Below the pieces are notes generated by a model. That model was not told the DNA's origin. It did not search any database and worked only from the letters and a program-made list of their open reading frames with translations. This document shows positions 54,505-61,207 of a DNA stretch of 64,000 nucleotides, piece after piece; the first letter of the stretch is position 1; each line of letters opens with the position of its first letter. Origin of the DNA: Kiritimatiellia bacterium. GTDB taxonomy: Bacteria > Verrucomicrobiota > Kiritimatiellia > RFP12 > UBA1067. The stretch covers positions 2,091 to 66,090 of the forward strand of contig JAZLMR010000035.1 of the NCBI GenBank assembly GCA_045598785.1. Reading direction: 5' to 3'. The translations under genes and the position numbers were made by a program.

Positions 54505-57311
54505 TGGACCTCCTCGACCGCATGACCGGTCACTTCATAAATCGGACAATATTCGGTGTAGCGCTCAAATTCTTCCGGCGCCCCCGACTTAAGGCAATTG
54601 CTGAAGAGCGGATCGTTCTTCCCCGGGCGATACGCCAGCCGCAGGCTCCCCGACGCTTGCGCGCCCGCCGCCGTCGAGAAGAACACCACATTGGTCTTGC
54701 CGATCTCCACCTGCAGGTCGGAGAACGCATAGCCGAGACGCGAGCGTCCGTTGGCCAGCACCTGAGCGCCGACCAGATACTCGCCCGAAGTCGCATCATA
54801 GAAGTCGGACCGCGGCGCCGAAACCACCGTCTGCCCCGCCGCCGTCGTCACCGCCAGGTAAGCGGCGCTCTTGGGGTAGAGCAGCGGATTGACGAGCCCG
54901 AACGCAATCTCGTCGATCGCCACCTTGTCCCCGAGCGCCAACCCCGCCCGCGGCGGAATCGTGAACTGCCAGGTGCCGGAATAAGTGCCGTTGGACTCGG
55001 CCACGCCCGAATTGGACCAGGAAATGAGCTCCGCGAGCCACAGCGCCTCCAAATCGAGATTGCCGCTCACCGGGATTTCCGTGCCGACGAAGCAGGCGCC
55101 CTTGCCAACCGCCGCCACCATCCGGCCGGTGTTCCGGTCACGCCAGCCGCCGAAGGTGTAATTGTAGCGCGTCACCTGCGGCAGCGCCGTAAGCTCCCGC
55201 TCGACGGTATACGACCTCAACGCCGTCACCGGCACCGCATAGTCATAGTCGATGACATAGCTGTCGAGCTTCTGCAGCGCCCGGAGCGTCATGTCGCCGG
55301 TCACCTCGTCGCTCGCGAAATTCCAGAACCGGCCCGTGGCCACTTCGCACCAGTTGGTGATCGTCCAGCCGAGCGCCTCGACTTTCGGCTCGACCAGTTT
55401 CCTGCCGACATCCAGATTCAGGTTGGTGCTCGCCGGCGAAACCGTGCCGCTATCGGCTTCAAACTTCACCAGCACCCGGCCGTCATAGGTGACCTGCCAG
55501 TTGCGGCACATCTTCGAGCCGACCGTCTCCGACTCGCCCGGCACGATCGTAAAACGCGACTGGTCGACATGTTGAGCGAGATAAAACGTATCGCGCGGCT
55601 CCAGCGACGGCGGCGTGAGATAAGTGCCGCCGCAGATCGCCAACGTCCCCTTCGACACCCGCACGCGCCCCCGCACCGAGAAATCATTGGCGATGGCCGT
55701 CGACCCGAGCGTAAGCGCCGCCGTCTGGTGCTTCACCTCCAGCGCGTCGTTGTCGGCCACGACCTCGACGGCATTGCCCGGCGCCACGATCGCCCCGCCG
55801 CCGACGGAATCGACGATCGTCAGCCGCCCCTGATCGTAAATCGCCGCTTCATCCTGGAAATGCTCGCCGGTGATCCGCCGGCCGTGCAGGTCCAGCGTAA
55901 TCTCATGGGTCGAGCGGATCCAGAGCTGCCCGTTCTCGGTCGTCGGATCCAGCGTGACGTCCTTCTCCATCACCAGCGGCGACTTCGACGCATTGGCCGC
56001 TTCGAGCGCATCCTCGAAGAATTCGTAAGTCCCGTCGCCGACCCGGAAATAGGAATCGCCGACATTGACCCGCGCCACCAGCTCGGCATCGTCGGCAAAC
56101 GCCAGCCCGCCCGTCAGCGCAAACTCATAGCCCGACTGCGACGCGACGGCGGCGGGATTCCCGACCAGCGCCAGCGCCGGCGCCGGCGCAAAGCCATGGC
56201 CCGCCAGCGCCGTCACCTTCACCTTGTCGCCCGGACGCACGGTGAAGACCACTTCGGCCTCCGCCACCGAATTCGTCGTGAAGTAAGGCGCCGTCGCCCC
56301 GGCCGCCGTGACCGCGCAGACCACGTTCGTGACCTTCGCCGGATCCAGCACCACCCGGACCGAAAGCTCGTTCGCCTCGCGCGCAAAGGGATTGCCGTCA
56401 TTCACCACCGCAAACTCGTCGTAAGCCGCGATGCCCTGCACGCCAAAGCCGGAAAGCGACGGCTTGACCGTCTCGTAGGCGCAGATCGGCGGGAAGAGCG
56501 ACCGGCGCTCGTAATGCGGATTGCCGGCAAAGGTATCCGCGATCGCCGCCGGCTCGTCGCCCAGCACATAATCGACGGCGGCGGCGCTGAGCGGCACGCC
56601 GTCGAGATACGCCACGAACCCCGGCGCCTCGACCCCGCGCTGCGTCGCGGCGTTGGCAATCGCCCGCACCGTCAGCCGATACCACCGGCCGACCTCGACC
56701 TGGTTGGTGACCGGATAGTTGCAGCGGTAAAGCGAGCGCGACGAAGTGTAGCGACCGCCGGTCACCACCAGGTTGGTCACGCCCGAACCCGGCGGCGAGG
56801 ACAGCCAGACCATGAACTTCGCCTTGCCGTCGATGTCCTGCAACGGCACCGAATAAAGCGAATTGGTCGACGGATGGAAACGCACCAGCTTGTCGATGAA
56901 AAGGTCGTTGGCCGCCGGGATCGTCAGCGCCGCGGACGCGCCGCCATCGCTCACCGGATTGAAGGCCCGCACCAGCGGCGACAGCGCCCGCACGGAAACA
57001 TAGCCGTTGTTGTCCGACCTGCCGTGCATGTAGCTCGGCCGCGGATTGCGAAGCTGGTTGAAGCGATCGTAGCGAGTCTCGCCGTAGTTGTAGTTGGTGA
57101 TGAACGAAAGGTTCATCTCGGCGCCGCCATAACGCCAGTAGCTGTTGCCCTGCCCGCCCTCGATGCCGCTTTCGTCCAGCCCGTAGCGCGGCACCTTGCC
57201 CCAGAGATTGGAGTTCTCAAAATCAATGGAAGTGACGGGCGTAATCGCGTTTGCAACCAACGCGACCATGCCAACGGCATAGCACATTATCAAGGAAAGT
57301 GCTCTTCTCAT
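54501..57311 (-). CDS. Large secreted protein (936 aa) with an N-terminal LamG/concanavalin-like module
   Basis: Signal peptide MRRALSLIMCYAVGMVALVANA. Jelly-roll-like pattern (KAKFMVWL...GSGVTNLVVTGG...RSLYRC...GRWYRLTVRA...GFVAYLDG). N-terminal domain paralogous to that of the 2874-aa protein. Confidence 0.8.
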   Translation of the reverse strand: MRRALSLIMCYAVGMVALVANAITPVTSIDFENSNLWGKVPRYGLDESGIEGGQGNSYWRYGGAEMNLSFITNYNYGETRYDRFNQLRNPRPSYMHGRSDNNGYVSVRALSPLVRAFNPVSDGGASAALTIPAANDLFIDKLVRFHPSTNSLYSVPLQDIDGKAKFMVWLSSPPGSGVTNLVVTGGRYTSSRSLYRCNYPVTNQVEVGRWYRLTVRAIANAATQRGVEAPGFVAYLDGVPLSAAAVDYVLGDEPAAIADTFAGNPHYERRSLFPPICAYETVKPSLSGFGVQGIAAYDEFAVVNDGNPFAREANELSVRVVLDPAKVTNVVCAVTAAGATAPYFTTNSVAEAEVVFTVRPGDKVKVTALAGHGFAPAPALALVGNPAAVASQSGYEFALTGGLAFADDAELVARVNVGDSYFRVGDGTYEFFEDALEAANASKSPLVMEKDVTLDPTTENGQLWIRSTHEITLDLHGRRITGEHFQDEAAIYDQGRLTIVDSVGGGAIVAPGNAVEVVADNDALEVKHQTAALTLGSTAIANDFSVRGRVRVSKGTLAICGGTYLTPPSLEPRDTFYLAQHVDQSRFTIVPGESETVGSKMCRNWQVTYDGRVLVKFEADSGTVSPASTNLNLDVGRKLVEPKVEALGWTITNWCEVATGRFWNFASDEVTGDMTLRALQKLDSYVIDYDYAVPVTALRSYTVERELTALPQVTRYNYTFGGWRDRNTGRMVAAVGKGACFVGTEIPVSGNLDLEALWLAELISWSNSGVAESNGTYSGTWQFTIPPRAGLALGDKVAIDEIAFGLVNPLLYPKSAAYLAVTTAAGQTVVSAPRSDFYDATSGEYLVGAQVLANGRSRLGYAFSDLQVEIGKTNVVFFSTAAGAQASGSLRLAYRPGKNDPLFSNCLKSGAPEEFERYTEYCPIYEVTGHAVEEVQ

Positions 57312-57326
57312 CTTTGGAGAATTGTA

Positions 57327-58046
57327 TCAAAAAGGCGGACGAAAGAGCAAGTGGTTTTCCAGTTGCATGAGGAGCGGAGGCATGCCAAAATAAGCACAGG
57401 TCCCCGAAAAACAACGGTGAGGATATTTGCGCCGCAGATACTCCAAATGCCGATAAAGCCGATTGGTCACCGGACTGCCGGAATGGTGGCAGGCGCGAAG
57501 CGCGACAATCCGAGTCGGCACTGCGTCCGCCACCCAGGCCTGGGCGCAGAAATCCTCGACGTAAAGATCGAACTCCAGCGTCTCGTCAAACCGCAAGTTG
57601 AGCCTCTGCACCAGCGACGAATGCACGATGAGCGCACAGCAGTCCACCGTCTCCACCCGAGTGCCGGTTTTGACCGCCCGCCCGGGCATCCACACGCGCC
57701 CGGGATCATTGCGATTGCATTCGGTAATCCCGCCGAGCACCTGCTGCCAGCCAATTCCCCAAAGCCCGAAACGCCGACTGCCCACCGGGCCATAAATCGC
57801 GGCCGGCGACAAGGCCTGCAATTTTTCCAGCAACGGCTCCTGAATTTCAAAGTCTTCGTGCAAAAATACGAACCACGCCGCCCGCGAAAAGTCCCAACTG
57901 GCTAGAAATTGGTTATATCGAAGCGGAATTGGCAAATTTTCTTCCTTATTAGCAAATACCCGCTTCTCAATGCCAGCCACAAAAGGATTTTTCGCGATCA
58001 AGCGCTCATATCGGTCGCTATCGCGCACGACCGTCACCATCACCAC
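57327..58046 (-). CDS. Glycosyltransferase-like protein (GT-A/GT2-like C-terminal signature)
   Basis: 239 aa with ...VDCCALIVHSSLVQRLNLRFDETLEFDLYVEDFCAQAWVADAV..., resembling the GT2 xGFDExFFxYxEDxDLCxR region. No signal peptide. Confidence 0.45.
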   Translation of the reverse strand: MVMVTVVRDSDRYERLIAKNPFVAGIEKRVFANKEENLPIPLRYNQFLASWDFSRAAWFVFLHEDFEIQEPLLEKLQALSPAAIYGPVGSRRFGLWGIGWQQVLGGITECNRNDPGRVWMPGRAVKTGTRVETVDCCALIVHSSLVQRLNLRFDETLEFDLYVEDFCAQAWVADAVPTRIVALRACHHSGSPVTNRLYRHLEYLRRKYPHRCFSGTCAYFGMPPLLMQLENHLLFRPPF

Positions 58047-58066
58047 ATCCTCGGCTCTAACTGCCG

Positions 58067-58789
58067 TTATTTAAGCATATTTCGCGCTTTCAGCGCATTT
58101 AACGCCGAAAAGCCATGGAAGCCGAATGGCAATTCCCTGCCGGTAAAGCCTTCCCCCAGCTCCACATGGGCAAACCGCATCGCCTCGGCCACCCCCGGAA
58201 AGCGCATTTGCCGCCGATAATCGGGCTCCCGGCGAACGAGATAGTCAGTATAAAAGCCGTCTTCGCACGCCTCTTCAGGCGAACATAAGTCTTTATACCG
58301 ACGATTCCAATACCAAGCGGCACGCGCGCAACATTCGCGGGAGCGCAGGGAAAAGCCCCCGTTCATCGGATGCCGACCTAGCATACGCGCTCCCCACCGC
58401 GTCCACCAGCGATTGCGGATATGCGAGCCGCCGATGAAATCCCACCGGCCCAAAAACTCCTCAACCCCCGGTCGGAGCGGCCAGCCGTCATTCTGGACAA
58501 TCAGCACGTAGTCGGTCTCAAACCGCGAATAAAGCCGCGAATTGCAGTCCACGCTCATCGAATGCAGCTGGCCGGGAACCAAAGTCGGCTCCACTTGCAG
58601 CTCGAACGGCGGATTCTCCGCGGCAAACCGCTCCAGGTGGGGCCACGCCCGGTTGGTCACCAGGACGCTCGGCCGCCTTCCGCATTGCCGCCATGTCTCC
58701 CGATAGGCCGCCGCCAGTTTTTCAAAGGCGAACTCGTTGCCGGAGTCCGCCCAAAAATGATACGCGAGAATGGTCAGCGACTTTGCCAT
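58067..58789 (-). CDS. Hypothetical nucleotide-sugar-transferase-like protein (DUF5672-like?)
   Basis: About 240 aa from MAKSLTILAY (ATG at comp(58787..58789)), chosen to avoid a 31-nt overlap with the upstream gene. Motifs DYVLIVQNDGWPL and NGGFSLRSR are reminiscent of GT-A-like transferases. Weak call. Confidence 0.4.
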   Translation of the reverse strand: MAKSLTILAYHFWADSGNEFAFEKLAAAYRETWRQCGRRPSVLVTNRAWPHLERFAAENPPFELQVEPTLVPGQLHSMSVDCNSRLYSRFETDYVLIVQNDGWPLRPGVEEFLGRWDFIGGSHIRNRWWTRWGARMLGRHPMNGGFSLRSRECCARAAWYWNRRYKDLCSPEEACEDGFYTDYLVRREPDYRRQMRFPGVAEAMRFAHVELGEGFTGRELPFGFHGFSALNALKARNMLK

Positions 58790-58791
58790 GC

Positions 58792-61149
58792 TCAGGGCTT
58801 GACTACCACCACCCGGTCGCAAAGCACCCGGTTCTCCAGCGTGTCGCCGGGATAGAACTTCGGACCTTCGAACTTAAGCGAAGCATAGATCTTGACCCGA
58901 TTGAACGAGCCTTCCTCGTAGGCGGCGTTGAGATACGCCCGGAAGTGGTAGCTGTTAAGTTCCACATAGCAATTCGGCGTAATCGTCGCCTCGCCCAGGT
59001 AATAGAACTTATACTTGCCCTGCGGCCCGAGGTTGCCTTCGTCAACGCCGCGCCCGATCTTCGGCTGCCAGGTGACCATCGGATTGATCGTCTCGACATT
59101 GCCGACGAACGGCAGCGACATCGCCTCGGGCTTCCAGACGCCCTTGAACGCAAACGCCACGCCGTAGGCGGCATCCGGATCGTCGACCTTGCCCCCGTCG
59201 CAGCCGCTCGCCACTGCCGTCACCAGCTTGTTTTCGGGAATCTTGCCGAATATCTCCGCCGGCAGCGGCTTGGCGTCCTTGCGGTTCTGCAAGGTCAGGA
59301 TGAAAAGCTCGTCCTCGATGGCCTTGCTGACCCGCTGGAACTGCCCCTGATTGCGCGCGCTGTAGCAGTCTTCGCCAATCTGCTTCAGCTCCGTCCGGAA
59401 GCGCTTCAGGACCGACTCGAAGTCCTTCCCCCAAGCCGGCTGCGCCGCCAGGACCTCGGCATGCTTTTTAACGAGCACAAAGTCCAGATTCGTCCGCAGG
59501 CGCTGGACATTGCGCTGCGCGCGCCGATCGTCAGCCGTAATCGCCTCCAGCCGGTCAAAGGCCTCGTCCCACCGGACGAGCCGCTCCGGCGTCAGATACG
59601 GGAAGTTGCCCAGATAGCGCGACGCATCCCACGGAATGCGGTTCGTCATCGCCTTGCGCAGCTCCTCCAGCTTGGCGAGATAGGCCTTCACGCCGGGGGC
59701 CGCCTTGCCGTATTCAAACGCCAGGAACTCGTCCATCAGCGCCCGCCAGTCACAGTCGAGGTCCTTGAAAAGATGCACCATCAGAAAGGTCTGGAGCTCG
59801 GTAAAGCCGGTCATCGTCTCCAAGCCGACGTTGTGCTCGAAGCCGGCAAAGCGCGTGCCCGCCGCGTGCATGAAGCGAATGTCGTTGACGAGCCGCTCGA
59901 TGTTGCCGAACGGCGGCGTGATCTCCCCGCCATAAGGATTCGGATAATACCACATGAGAATGCCCGCCTTGCACATCTGGCCCCAGGTCTTCAGGTCGGC
60001 GGCGGTGTCGGCGTTCTGCGGCGAAAGCCAGTCCTTGGAGAAGTCGTCGTCGATCGGCGCGAAGTCCGGGACGAAATTGTCGGGCATCTTCGTCAGCGAC
60101 TTCGGCGGATGCTGCGTCTGCGCCTTGCGATAGACGAGCGTCATCAGCCGGTGCTGCGGATAAAGCCTTTCGGCCTCGGGGCAGAACTCCAGGAAGACAT
60201 CGATGATCGGCCCGGCGTTCGAGCCGTATTTCTTCTCCAGCGCCAGGCAGTCGGGGCAATTGCAGAAGCGCCCGGGCACGTCGGCCGCCGAAATGTCCAC
60301 CAGCGACGGCTTCGTCTCCCGCGCCAGCTGCTCGAAGACGAGCTTTTTAAGGAGCGCCCGGCAACCGGGATTCGAGAGGCACCGCTGACCGGCGAAATTG
60401 CGCGAGCCGTCGGCATTCATCGAGAAATACTCGGGATGCGTGACCTCCAGATCCTGATCGCCCAGAATGTCATTGATCCACTTGATCGTGTGCGGCGCCT
60501 TGCGGTTGCGCGGCAGATAGCTCGGCAGCGAGGAATTGTTCGGCCGCGGCTTGTGGATCTCGTCCACCGCCGTGCCGAGCTTTTCGCGCTCCAAGAGCGT
60601 GTTGAGCCCGTCGTTATAGGCGTTGCGCAGGCAAAAGAGCGCCCATTCCGGCCCGGTGAAATGCCAGTAAGTCGACATGCCGCGCACCTCGAACGAAAAC
60701 CGATGCCGCCGCACCATCGGTTTCGGCTCGTACGCCTTCAGGTCCGGCACCTTCATGCCGCCGCGCCAATCGTAAAAGCGATAGCCGAGCGTCGTCTCCA
60801 GATAGTCATAGGCCGCGTAGCGCATGCCGTTCGCGCCGCCGCCAAAGAGCCGGATGTCGCCGTTCGGCTCGACCATGGTGACGAATTCCTGCGACGCGAG
60901 CTTCTCCAGCTTCGCCCCCGCCGGCGCCATTCCCATGAAAATGCGGTTGGCATTCGGCGCCTCACCCGGCGCCACCACCTTGAGCTCGGAGCCGAGCGAC
61001 TTCGCCAGGAGCGCATTGAAGTCTCGAATCACCAGCGCTTCCGCTTCCGACGGCGATTCCGGCTGCACGATCACATAATCGCGAAGCGTCGCCGCCAGCG
61101 TCGCCGAAGATGCCACGGCCAGCCACATCGCCATCCCCAGTCTCTTCAT
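58792..61149 (-). CDS. DUF4838-family secreted protein (glycoside-hydrolase-like fold)
   Basis: About 785 aa from MKRLGMAMWLAVASSATLAA (signal peptide; ATG at comp(61147..61149)). The earlier in-frame Met codons in the track ORF precede the signal. Family call is from overall recollection of DUF4838 proteins in Bacteroidota/Verrucomicrobiota and needs HMM confirmation. Confidence 0.6.
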   Translation of the reverse strand: MKRLGMAMWLAVASSATLAATLRDYVIVQPESPSEAEALVIRDFNALLAKSLGSELKVVAPGEAPNANRIFMGMAPAGAKLEKLASQEFVTMVEPNGDIRLFGGGANGMRYAAYDYLETTLGYRFYDWRGGMKVPDLKAYEPKPMVRRHRFSFEVRGMSTYWHFTGPEWALFCLRNAYNDGLNTLLEREKLGTAVDEIHKPRPNNSSLPSYLPRNRKAPHTIKWINDILGDQDLEVTHPEYFSMNADGSRNFAGQRCLSNPGCRALLKKLVFEQLARETKPSLVDISAADVPGRFCNCPDCLALEKKYGSNAGPIIDVFLEFCPEAERLYPQHRLMTLVYRKAQTQHPPKSLTKMPDNFVPDFAPIDDDFSKDWLSPQNADTAADLKTWGQMCKAGILMWYYPNPYGGEITPPFGNIERLVNDIRFMHAAGTRFAGFEHNVGLETMTGFTELQTFLMVHLFKDLDCDWRALMDEFLAFEYGKAAPGVKAYLAKLEELRKAMTNRIPWDASRYLGNFPYLTPERLVRWDEAFDRLEAITADDRRAQRNVQRLRTNLDFVLVKKHAEVLAAQPAWGKDFESVLKRFRTELKQIGEDCYSARNQGQFQRVSKAIEDELFILTLQNRKDAKPLPAEIFGKIPENKLVTAVASGCDGGKVDDPDAAYGVAFAFKGVWKPEAMSLPFVGNVETINPMVTWQPKIGRGVDEGNLGPQGKYKFYYLGEATITPNCYVELNSYHFRAYLNAAYEEGSFNRVKIYASLKFEGPKFYPGDTLENRVLCDRVVVVKP

Positions 61150-61177
61150 CTGCCTGTTCCTTTCCATTGTCATTGCG

Positions 61178-61186
61178 ATTATATCA
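61178..61186 (-). promoter_or_regulatory. Extended -10 promoter (TGATATAAT) for the DUF4838 / glycosyltransferase / giant-protein gene series
   Basis: Minus-strand ggggatTTGATATAATcgcaatgacaatggAAAGGAACaggcagATG. The -10 sits about 29 nt before the ATG. The AAAGGAAC SD-like motif is the same as ahead of the Amuc_1102-like gene. Confidence 0.45.
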
Positions 61187-61207
61187 AATCCCCTGCGCCC
61201 GGCCAGT

